Assembly (NCBI GenBank): GCA_016186095.1
Contig: JACPMG010000003.1
Coordinates: 1-52,199, forward strand
Reading direction: 5' to 3'
From: Candidatus Sungiibacteriota bacterium
Lineage (GTDB): Bacteria; Patescibacteriota; Minisyncoccia; Sungbacterales; HO2-52-23
DNA length: 52,199 nt
In this document: positions 8,392 through 15,273 of the stretch, piece by piece
Numbering within the stretch: the stretch's first letter is position 1
Layout of the letters: each line of letters begins with the position of its first letter
Notes under the pieces: generated by a model
Seen by the model: only the letters and a program-made list of their open reading frames with translations
Database searches by the model: none
Told to the model about the DNA's origin: nothing
Program-made: the position numbers and the translations under genes

Positions 8392-9204
8392 ATGAGCGAA
8401 ACAGGACAGCCGGAGAAGTACGGACCTGGTGAAGTCAACAGAGAGTTGAGACTGCGTAATGTTTTTGAAAATACGCTTCCTGAACTTCTGGCGTTGATAA
8501 CCATAGGACTAAGAGGTTTGCAGGATGCGATACCGCCGGACGACAGGGGAATGAGCCTTGATACGACGCTCGATCAGTTAATAAAGTTTCTGGAGCGTCT
8601 GGATAGGCATACACTTGAGAATAAGATTTGTCGCGAATTGGCCGAAGGAGATGACACCCTCGCCGTATCTTTTTTGACGCTCATCGCGGTGCGGGGCCAC
8701 CTCGATATTGAGGATAAGAAGCGCAAGATTGTGGAGGCCGCCAAGGAGGGTATAAAACTTTCCGCAGAAGGCCAGATGGTCCTTGATGCTATTAGCGGCG
8801 CGCATGATGATACCGAAAGCGCGCTAATGGGGCTTCTTGATGGGTCAAAAACTTTTGGCAGGCGATTCGGAGCGGATGATCTATGGGAATTTATTCGCGA
8901 GGACGAACGACGGGTTAGCGATTTGCAAAGGCACGGGATGAGAGCAAAGAGGGTAGGGTTAGAAAAAGCTTTTTTGGAGCGGATATTGAGTAGAGATTTT
9001 CAAAAAGGGGATCGCGATAAAATGCGCAGCGTTCTGGATCAACAAATGCAAGACGGGTTATCCTTAGCGGAGCTTGATATTATAAGCGTGCTGCAAGAGA
9101 AACCGGAGATGCGAAGGCAAATAAGTGAAGACGTCCAAGGGCTTCTGAAGCTTTATCAGATCCGGAAGTTTGTTGATCAAGTGATCCCAGAACAGCGGGT
9201 ATAG
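8392..9204 (+). CDS. Hypothetical protein
   Basis: 270-aa ORF with an AAGGA RBS upstream and a terminator downstream. No recognisable motif. Confidence 0.6.
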   Translation: MSETGQPEKYGPGEVNRELRLRNVFENTLPELLALITIGLRGLQDAIPPDDRGMSLDTTLDQLIKFLERLDRHTLENKICRELAEGDDTLAVSFLTLIAVRGHLDIEDKKRKIVEAAKEGIKLSAEGQMVLDAISGAHDDTESALMGLLDGSKTFGRRFGADDLWEFIREDERRVSDLQRHGMRAKRVGLEKAFLERILSRDFQKGDRDKMRSVLDQQMQDGLSLAELDIISVLQEKPEMRRQISEDVQGLLKLYQIRKFVDQVIPEQRV

Positions 9205-9219
9205 ATTAAAAATTATCAG

Positions 9220-9250
9220 AGGGCCTTTAGTTCATCAGGGCCCTTTTTAT
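9220..9250 (+). terminator. Rho-independent terminator
   Basis: AGGGCC...GGCCCT stem followed by TTTTTATTTT. Confidence 0.6.
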
Positions 9251-9281
9251 TTTCCGAAAAATATGTTAATCTCATCTTGCT

Positions 9282-10475
9282 ATGAGCGAACTTGTTCTCT
9301 ATCGCAAATACCGTCCCAAAAGCTTTGAAGAAGTTGTCGGGCAGGAGCATGTGATAGCGGCGATTACCAACGCCATCAGAACGGGCCGTGCGGCTCATGC
9401 TTATTTATTCTCCGGCCCTCGCGGTATAGGTAAGACGACTGTGGCGCGACTTATCGCCAAAGCCATGAATTGTGCCAATTTGTCCAAACTTTCTGAAGGA
9501 AAGTTTGCTGACAAATTGAGCACCCGCCGAAGCCTTGGCGAAGGCGGGTTTCCTATACCCTGTGATGCCTGCGATCTTTGCAAAAGTTTTAATGAGGGTA
9601 GGGCGTTTGATTTAATTGAAATCGATGCCGCGTCCAACAGGGGTATTGACGAGATACGAGAGCTTCGCGAGGGCGTGCGTTTTGTCCCGTCGCAGGGAAA
9701 ATACAAGACCTACATAATTGACGAGGTGCATCAGCTGACCAAAGAGGCCTTTAACGCGCTTCTGAAAACCCTGGAGGAGCCGCCCTCGCACGCGGTCTTT
9801 GTCTTGGCCACCACCGAGCTTGAGAAAGTTCCGGCAACAATTGTTTCGCGCACCCAGCACTTTGATTTTCGAAGGCCGAATGTTTCGCAAATCGTAAATC
9901 GTCTGACGCATATCGCAAAAAAGGAAAAAGTAGAGCTTGAACCGGACGCGGCGCACTTAATTGCGCTTGCCGCGGAGGGTTCTTTGCGTGATGCTGAAAG
10001 TATTTTGGGGCAGGTTATGGCCGTGGAGGATAAAGAGATTACGCGTCGCGAAGTGGAAAGCATCCTCGGGCTTCCCCGCAGGGAGTCGGCCAAAAAAATG
10101 TTTGAACTGGTGGCCAAAAAAGACGCTTCCGGGGCCCTTACTCTGGTGCAGGAGCTTCACGATGCCGGCCACGACCTAACTTATTTTTCCAAACTTCTCA
10201 TGCAGTATTTCCGCAGTGCGCTTTTTTTGAAAACGGATCCTGAACTTAAAAAATTCGTGATGGGTGAGATGCTGACGGATGAGATTGATTGTATCACGGC
10301 TCATCTTTCGCTCTTTCAGGCGGGTGATCTTTCGCGGGCGGTAAATATCATTTTTGACAATCTGCAATCTTTCAAAAAAACTCCTATTCCTCAACTTCCG
10401 CTTGAACTTACGGTGGTGGAGCTGATTGCGGGATCGGAGAAAAACGCCTATGGAGAAAAGATCAAAGTTATCTAA
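9282..10475 (+). CDS. dnaX: DNA polymerase III subunit gamma/tau (short form)
   Basis: YRPKSFEEVVGQEHV, Walker A GPRGIGKTT, IIDEVHQL and SRTQHF motifs, 397 aa. Confidence 0.9.
   Translation: MSELVLYRKYRPKSFEEVVGQEHVIAAITNAIRTGRAAHAYLFSGPRGIGKTTVARLIAKAMNCANLSKLSEGKFADKLSTRRSLGEGGFPIPCDACDLCKSFNEGRAFDLIEIDAASNRGIDEIRELREGVRFVPSQGKYKTYIIDEVHQLTKEAFNALLKTLEEPPSHAVFVLATTELEKVPATIVSRTQHFDFRRPNVSQIVNRLTHIAKKEKVELEPDAAHLIALAAEGSLRDAESILGQVMAVEDKEITRREVESILGLPRRESAKKMFELVAKKDASGALTLVQELHDAGHDLTYFSKLLMQYFRSALFLKTDPELKKFVMGEMLTDEIDCITAHLSLFQAGDLSRAVNIIFDNLQSFKKTPIPQLPLELTVVELIAGSEKNAYGEKIKVI
9485..9548. repeat. In-frame hairpin insertions in the dnaX zinc-module linker
   Basis: CAAACTTTC-TGAAG-GAAAGTTTG (9485-9507) plus CCCGCCGAAGCCTTGGCGAAGGCGGG (9523-9548). 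The 26-mer recurs exactly at 23579-23604. Confidence 0.75.
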
Positions 10476-10686
10476 GGAGTTTTTGGAGAAGAGTCTGGTC
10501 TATTTTCTGGCCGGCCTCGGTTTGGTGGCCGCGCTTGCTTGGAATGATGCCGTGCAGAGTTTGTTTAATGAGGTTTTCGGAGGAGCGCGTGGTTCGCTCA
10601 TCGCCAAATTCGGATATGCTTTTCTAATAACCGTGGTAGTAACGTTTGTTTCTTGGCGTCTGGGCCGTGAAATAGGCCAGAAATAA
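10450..10686 (+). CDS. Small 2-TM membrane protein (DUF5654-like guess)
   Basis: ATG at 10450 (MEKRSKLSKEF...), 78 aa. Overlaps the dnaX end by 26 nt. Confidence 0.55.
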   Translation: MEKRSKLSKEFLEKSLVYFLAGLGLVAALAWNDAVQSLFNEVFGGARGSLIAKFGYAFLITVVVTFVSWRLGREIGQK

Positions 10687-10723
10687 TATTGACTAATATC
10701 ATCGCACTAACTACAATAAGGAT

Positions 10724-10966
10724 ATGTTCAGCAAATTTGTAGAGCAAAAATTTAGATCCGCTCGGTATAAGATTTTGAAAGACGGAAGTTACTTTGGCGA
10801 AATCCCGGGATTTAAGGGGGTTTGGGCCAATGCCAAAAGTTTAGAGGATTGTCGCCAGGAGCTGCGCGAGGTTTTGGAGGAATGGTTGCTCTTGAAAGTA
10901 AAACATAGCGAATCGGTGCCAGGATTTAGATTTAGATTTGATCGGCGCGAGCTCGTGAAGAAATAA
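10724..10966 (+). CDS. hicB: HicB-family antitoxin (N-terminal HicB fold)
   Basis: 80 aa. The block YFGEIPGFKGVWANAKSLEDCRQELREVLEEWL is typical of HicB/UPF0150. A hicA-like gene follows 2 nt later. Confidence 0.65.
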   Translation: MFSKFVEQKFRSARYKILKDGSYFGEIPGFKGVWANAKSLEDCRQELREVLEEWLLLKVKHSESVPGFRFRFDRRELVKK

Positions 10967-10968
10967 CT

Positions 10969-11183
10969 ATGCCGCAGGAGATCTCTTGGAGGAAGTTGGT
11001 TCAGAAATTCCGCAACTTAGGATTTGATGGCCCCTATTCCGGCGGCCGTCATTTGTTTATGGTTAAGGGCGATTAAAGGTACATATTCCAAATCCGCACG
11101 ATGGAGATATCTCGCGGCAGCTTCTTTCAGAAATCCTTCGTCAAGCAGACATTTCTTCGAAAGAATGGAGGATGCATAAATAA
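10969..11183 (+). pseudogene. hicA: HicA-family toxin gene with a frameshift
   Basis: Frame A gives MPQEISWRKLVQKFRNLGFDGPYSGGRHLFMVKGD, then TAA at 11074-11076. The HicA C-terminus LKVHIPNPHDGDISRQLLSEILRQADISSKEWRMHK continues in the -1 frame from 11073 to TAA at 11181-11183. Confidence 0.65.
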
Positions 11184-11240
11184 TTTATTGCGGGGTAGTG
11201 AAGTAGTATCACGCTTGCCGGCGTCTGTCCTACACAAAAC

Positions 11241-11311
11241 TCCGGGCTCGTCTAATGGTAGGACGGTGGCCTTTGAAGCCATTAATCTACGTTCGAATCG
11301 TAGGCCCGGAG
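11241..11311 (+). tRNA. tRNA-Gln (anticodon UUG)
   Basis: Hand-folded cloverleaf: acceptor TCCGGGC/GCCCGGA, anticodon loop CTTTGAA, T-loop TTCGAAT. No encoded CCA. Confidence 0.85.
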
Positions 11312-11348
11312 TTTTGTGCGGGATAGCAACTAATTTAGGTCCGTTTTG

Positions 11349-11373
11349 TCCTTCCGAAGCCAAAGGCGAAGGA
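11349..11373. repeat. GC-rich hairpin of the GCC-AAA-GGC family
   Basis: TCCTTC..GCC-AAA-GGC..GAAGGA. The inner hairpin matches the TCAGCC-AAA-GGCTGA hairpin in the tRNA-like pseudogene. Confidence 0.5.
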
Positions 11374-11439
11374 GGGAGTCCTGGCCCGGCAGAAATCTTG
11401 AGATAAGGTCATAGCCATAGGAACGTATAGTAAACACAT

Positions 11440-12369
11440 ATGATAGAAGCAATACAACTATTCGGAACTTTAATTCTAACCGTAGTGGGTTTTGTAATCC
11501 CGATCTTAACGATTTTAGTGTCAATTTTCCCCGAAGGAGTTAAATCCTTAGCGTCGAAATATGAGAATGAAAGAAAGCAAAGCGATGAAAATATTGCCAA
11601 TGAGGCCATAAAGAAAAAAACCGTGACCGGACTGGATTATGGGGCTCTTGAAAAAACACTCCAAACACTCAAAGGTAAGAAGCGTGAAGCAGAACTAAAG
11701 CTTAGATATTTAGAGCCTGTGCAGTTTCTTTTGAGGACAGCCGTTCCATTTATAGTGGCTTTTATAGGAGTCCTAGTTACCTTAGTCGTAAAGGATTTAC
11801 TAGCAACAACTATCGCATTAGGCGCTAGCATAGTTTCTTTTGCGGCCGGTGTTACGGCCTTGTTCACAAGTATTTCTGTGTTATTTGAGGTTGCGGAAAT
11901 TGTTAACCAGAAAAAGACCAGTAACGAAGAAAAAATTATTGGTTTTCTCTCAATTTTAGCCAAAAAGCCAGGAGAAGATCCTTATTTAAAAGAAGGTGAA
12001 GTTAAGGTTGAGTTCAACAGCCGATCTTTAAAAAAAGACGAGAAATTTGATTTTTCTGTGGACAAGAAATATCAGATCCCAATCTATATTCATAATAGTA
12101 GTGATAGAATGGCTAAAACCGTAGAAGTCGGTTTTGTACTTCCGAAAGATGTAGTTATCGAAAAAACATCAAATCTGGAGATAACAACTACAGAAGAAGA
12201 ACAAATAGTCAGATTTAAGGAGGGGGAAATCCAGGCCCACAATAATAACGCTCAAGGAAATTTAGAGATAACTTTCCTCAAAGCAAAGAGTATAGATGTA
12301 GACGTTTTTATTAAGGGAGAGAACGTGAGATACCAAAGATTCCCATTTAAGTTAAATATTGTAAAATAA
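11440..12369 (+). CDS. Hypothetical membrane protein with a soluble beta-rich C-terminal domain
   Basis: 309 aa with about 4 TM segments. The region is AT-rich by eye. Confidence 0.55.
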   Translation: MIEAIQLFGTLILTVVGFVIPILTILVSIFPEGVKSLASKYENERKQSDENIANEAIKKKTVTGLDYGALEKTLQTLKGKKREAELKLRYLEPVQFLLRTAVPFIVAFIGVLVTLVVKDLLATTIALGASIVSFAAGVTALFTSISVLFEVAEIVNQKKTSNEEKIIGFLSILAKKPGEDPYLKEGEVKVEFNSRSLKKDEKFDFSVDKKYQIPIYIHNSSDRMAKTVEVGFVLPKDVVIEKTSNLEITTTEEEQIVRFKEGEIQAHNNNAQGNLEITFLKAKSIDVDVFIKGENVRYQRFPFKLNIVK

Positions 12370-12393
12370 GTTATCTAAGTTAAACCCCATAAT

Positions 12394-12744
12394 ATGTTTA
12401 ATAGATTTCTCACCAAGTACTCAGCAACGTTGGGAAAGTATTTCCGCTTTTTTTGTATTCTCGTTCTTCCGGTATTAGTACTCTATGTTACATGGATAAT
12501 ATTTTTTATGCCACATAGGTTGCCCTTAGATGGATTCATGATCGGCCTTTGGATTTTCTTGGTGGTCGGTGTAGTATTTCAAATGAGTCTTCTACATTGG
12601 TCGCGTCAACGAAGATATAAACCAGAGTACGAATTTTGGGCAGCAGCATTTTATCTATCTGTTTTAGGGGTTTTAGGTTATTTCTTTCTGCAGATTTTAT
12701 CGGACTGGATAGGTTTTAACGTTCTTAATTATCTCACTATATAG
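12394..12744 (+). CDS. Hypothetical 3-4 TM membrane protein
   Basis: 116-aa ORF directly after the preceding gene. Confidence 0.5.
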   Translation: MFNRFLTKYSATLGKYFRFFCILVLPVLVLYVTWIIFFMPHRLPLDGFMIGLWIFLVVGVVFQMSLLHWSRQRRYKPEYEFWAAAFYLSVLGVLGYFFLQILSDWIGFNVLNYLTI

Positions 12745-12756
12745 TAGAGAAAGATC

Positions 12757-12804
12757 CACAAAGAAGTCCTTAGATACTTGATTTCCGGTTAATCGATACC
12801 GGAG
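12757..12804. repeat. Copy 1 of a ~47-nt intergenic direct repeat
   Basis: CACAAAGAAGTCCTTAGATACTTGATTTCCGGTTAATCGATACCGGAG. A near-identical copy lies at 13422-13467. Confidence 0.75.
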
Positions 12805-12954
12805 TGGCCAGCAGCCTTGCGACCCCTACCGAGGCAGGTCAGGCGCCACAAAACGTATGGCGTCTAGGCCGCATGTTTTGTATTTAGGCTTGATTTTTTA
12901 ATATCGATATACTACAAATGGAGTAGTTCCACTAACCTGAATGTGGAGGTTTTT

Positions 12955-13338
12955 ATGGGTTTGCTAGCTTTCGTTCTTATTGTTTTTATGATCTTCTGGC
13001 TATACGGATATGAAAGACGGAAGAAAAAGCGAGATAAGATTCACCCGATTTTTAATCAGAATTTCCGCGCCAAGGTTTTAGATCGTGAACGTAACGACGG
13101 TTTCTATCTCGTCCTTGAACTTTTAGAAAAGGACGGGCAGCGGATTCGTTGGAAGGTTGATACCAAAGATTATGCTGCTTATCGAATTGGTGAAGAAATG
13201 ACGATTAAACTGTATTCTAGAGATGGGCGGAACTGGTATTCCAGCGCTGACTGGGAAGCCCACGAAGGTATCTTTGGCGAAATGTTTGATATATACACTT
13301 TGGGTAAATGCGTCCCCCAAAAATTCCAAATAGTCTAA
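12955..13338 (+). CDS. Hypothetical protein with an N-terminal TM anchor
   Basis: ATG at 12955 lies 5 nt after GGAGG (12945-12949). 127 aa, with a terminator immediately after. Confidence 0.55.
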   Translation: MGLLAFVLIVFMIFWLYGYERRKKKRDKIHPIFNQNFRAKVLDRERNDGFYLVLELLEKDGQRIRWKVDTKDYAAYRIGEEMTIKLYSRDGRNWYSSADWEAHEGIFGEMFDIYTLGKCVPQKFQIV

Positions 13339-13362
13339 TGGTGCAAAGCGCACCATTTTTTA
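13338..13362 (+). terminator. Rho-independent terminator
   Basis: ATGGTGC-AAAGC-GCACCAT followed by TTTTTT. Confidence 0.7.
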
Positions 13363-13421
13363 ATAGATTTCTCAATGCGGTCCCTACCGGGACCCCTCAA
13401 TAGGAGAAGGGGAACGACCCC

Positions 13422-13467
13422 CACAGAAGCCCTTAGGTACTTGATTTCTAGTTAATCGATACCGGAG
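13422..13467. repeat. Copy 2 of the ~47-nt intergenic direct repeat
   Basis: CACAGAAGCCCTTAGGTACTTGATTTCTAGTTAATCGATACCGGAG. Confidence 0.75.
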
Positions 13468-13510
13468 AGATCAGTTGCATTGTTTAACAAGTTTTGTTAT
13501 CATAATCTTC

Positions 13511-13729
13511 ATGGACACGCTTACTATTCCTAAAAAATTAGCTCAAAAGGACGATTTGGTAGTGATTCCCCGTAAAGAATACGAGGGACTTTTGGAATTG
13601 AGACGGATGAAAGAATTTATACCGACCCGTGCTCAAAAAAGGGCGATGTTGCGGGCAGAAAGAAATTTCAGCCGCAAAAAAACACTCTCTTATAATGAAC
13701 TCGTCAAAAAGTTGGGATTTACAGGTTGA
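13511..13729 (+). CDS. Putative antitoxin of a RelE/ParE-type toxin-antitoxin pair
   Basis: 72 aa (MDTLTIPKKLAQKDDLVVIPRKEYEGLLEL...). Overlaps the downstream toxin gene by 35 nt. Confidence 0.55.
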   Translation: MDTLTIPKKLAQKDDLVVIPRKEYEGLLELRRMKEFIPTRAQKRAMLRAERNFSRKKTLSYNELVKKLGFTG

Positions 13730-13964
13730 TCCCGATGTTTTCAAGATCTTGCAGAAGATGCCTCGGCATGATGCCGAGGTTATTTTGGAAGTAATCCGGC
13801 TCTTGCCTATCAATCCGCACTTCGGTGATATTCAAAAGATGAAGGGCGAAGATAATACTTGGCGTCGCCGCCTTGGTTCGTATCGGATTTTTTTCAGAAT
13901 CAAAATTGCTGAAAAAGTTGTTCTTGTTTTTCATCTGGAGCGCAGGACCTCCAAAACGTATTAA
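13695..13964 (+). CDS. RelE/ParE-family toxin
   Basis: 89 aa. The C-terminal WRRRLGSYRIFFRIKIAEKVVLVFHLERR matches the RelE/ParE core pattern (W.RRVGDYRIIY...V..I.HR). Confidence 0.65.
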   Translation: MNSSKSWDLQVDPDVFKILQKMPRHDAEVILEVIRLLPINPHFGDIQKMKGEDNTWRRRLGSYRIFFRIKIAEKVVLVFHLERRTSKTY

Positions 13965-14048
13965 ATTGGCCATACCGAGACCCCCGTTTTTATTAAACCT
14001 GCCTGCCGGCAGGTCTCAATAGAGGAAGAGAAATAACTCTTTAATATT

Positions 14049-14243
14049 ATGGAGCAAGAAATTATACAAAAACTCGCGGAGATTGAGAAAAAGCTTGAGG
14101 AAAATACGAAGATAGTTCGGCAAATGCGACAGTATTTTTTCTGGACGCTTATTATTTCCCTGGCGGTGATAGTCCTCCCCCTGATCGGACTTATTTTTAT
14201 CCTTCCCCAATTTATCAGCACCTACGGCAATCTGGGGATTTAG
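14049..14243 (+). CDS. Hypothetical small coiled-coil plus TM protein
   Basis: 64-aa ORF with no homology recognisable by eye. Confidence 0.4.
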   Translation: MEQEIIQKLAEIEKKLEENTKIVRQMRQYFFWTLIISLAVIVLPLIGLIFILPQFISTYGNLGI

Positions 14244-14273
14244 TTTTATGGAGAAACTTTTTATCAAACTTTG

Positions 14274-14732
14274 ATGATACTGAAGATAAGAAAAGCCAAA
14301 AAGCTGGATATAGATCAACTCGCAAGAATTTATAGGCGGGCTTATGGTCGTTCTCGAGACGGCGAGGACTGGAGCATTAAAAGAGCCAAGGCCTTACTGG
14401 ATTTTTACTTTGGGCAGAAAACTTTCCTAGGACTTACGGCCTTGGTTGAAGGTAAGATAGTCGGCGCTTTTTTCTCTTTTATAAAACCGTGGCATGATGG
14501 CGACCACTTGGGAGAGGGCGAATTATTTGTTGACCCGGACTACCAGAATAGAAAGATCGGCACAAAACTTTTCTTGGATATGAACAAGATTGCGGCGAAG
14601 AGGAGGTGTACGATTCACGAGCTGATTGTTTATGGGAGAGTCGCGCGGTGGTACAAAAAACTGGGGATCAAGGAAAGCGGTCTTAAACATCTGGAGGGCA
14701 GGATAAAAGATATAATAAAGAAAATGAGTTAA
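14274..14732 (+). CDS. GNAT family N-acetyltransferase
   Basis: 152 aa. The GELFVDPDYQNRKIGTKLF block matches the GNAT acetyl-CoA motif (Q/RxxGxG/A-like). Confidence 0.7.
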   Translation: MILKIRKAKKLDIDQLARIYRRAYGRSRDGEDWSIKRAKALLDFYFGQKTFLGLTALVEGKIVGAFFSFIKPWHDGDHLGEGELFVDPDYQNRKIGTKLFLDMNKIAAKRRCTIHELIVYGRVARWYKKLGIKESGLKHLEGRIKDIIKKMS

Positions 14733-14786
14733 TCTCCATGGCCAAAAGTGATTTTGAAGTAATTTCTGATCGGGTCCGATTACATG

Positions 14787-14815
14787 TTGACTTTATTTGA
14801 ATTTTATGATAAGCT
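14787..14815 (+). promoter_or_regulatory. Candidate sigma70-like promoter of the cold-shock gene
   Basis: TTGACT (14787-14792), a 17-nt spacer, then TAAGCT (14810-14815). Confidence 0.35.
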
Positions 14816-14873
14816 TTCTAGGAGTAAGAAATGGGGTCGGATTTCTACATAATAATGATGTAAGCTTTAAATT

Positions 14874-15071
14874 ATGACAGGAACTATCAAGACACTTACG
14901 GAAAAGGGGTTTGGATTTATTGCTCGCGAAGGCGAAACCAAGGATCTATTCTTCCATTCCAAGGAGTTGCAGGGTGTGACGTATAGTGAGCTGAAGGTTG
15001 GAGACACGGTCACTTTTGACGTCATCGAGACCGAAAAAGGCCCGGCCGCGACCAATGTATCACGTGCGTAA
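14874..15071 (+). CDS. cspA: Cold-shock domain protein
   Basis: 65 aa. Has KGFGFI (RNP1) and a FFHS RNP2-like motif. Confidence 0.9.
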   Translation: MTGTIKTLTEKGFGFIAREGETKDLFFHSKELQGVTYSELKVGDTVTFDVIETEKGPAATNVSRA

Positions 15072-15087
15072 AAGCTGATCTATGATC

Positions 15088-15125
15088 GAAAAGCCTTCTC
15101 GCTCGCGAGCGAGAAGGCTTTTCTT
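15088..15125 (+). terminator. Rho-independent terminator of csp
   Basis: Perfect palindrome GAAAAGCCTTCTCGCTCG/CGAGCGAGAAGGCTTTTC with a T-tract. Confidence 0.75.
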
Positions 15126-15144
15126 ACTGTTTCTAACGGGATGG

Positions 15145-15273
15145 ATCCCACACATAACTTTCACTGCGCTAAGTGCCAGTAGTAATGCTGTGGGAAAGTT
15201 AATTTTACGTTCACAAAAGACTTGTACGAGATAAAAGCTATTTTTTCTCTTTTGTGAAAGTTATGTGTGGGAT
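15145..15273 (+). promoter_or_regulatory. typA leader with a perfect 20-bp long-range inverted repeat covering the start codons
   Basis: ATCCCACACATAACTTTCAC (15145-15164) is the exact reverse complement of GTGAAAGTTATGTGTGGGAT (15254-15273). A competing 9-bp pairing joins 15211-15219 to 15249-15257. Confidence 0.5.

Noticed and set aside
10085-10100. Programmed -1 frameshift site in dnaX (A-run GCCAAAAAAATG)
   Set aside because: There is no downstream stem-loop or upstream SD-like enhancer. The protein is already a short gamma-like form ending at a normal stop. The A-run alone is not evidence.
11101-11406. ORFs 11101-11406 (+) and 11127-11363 (-)
   Set aside because: Both run through tRNA-Gln and the out-of-frame HicA C-terminus, so they are spurious.
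15145-15273. Invertible DNA switch (inverted repeats flanking an 89-bp segment)
   Set aside because: There is no recombinase gene nearby, and the segment is too short and lacks an obvious promoter. RNA-level pairing over the start codon is the simpler reading. I mention it only as an alternative.
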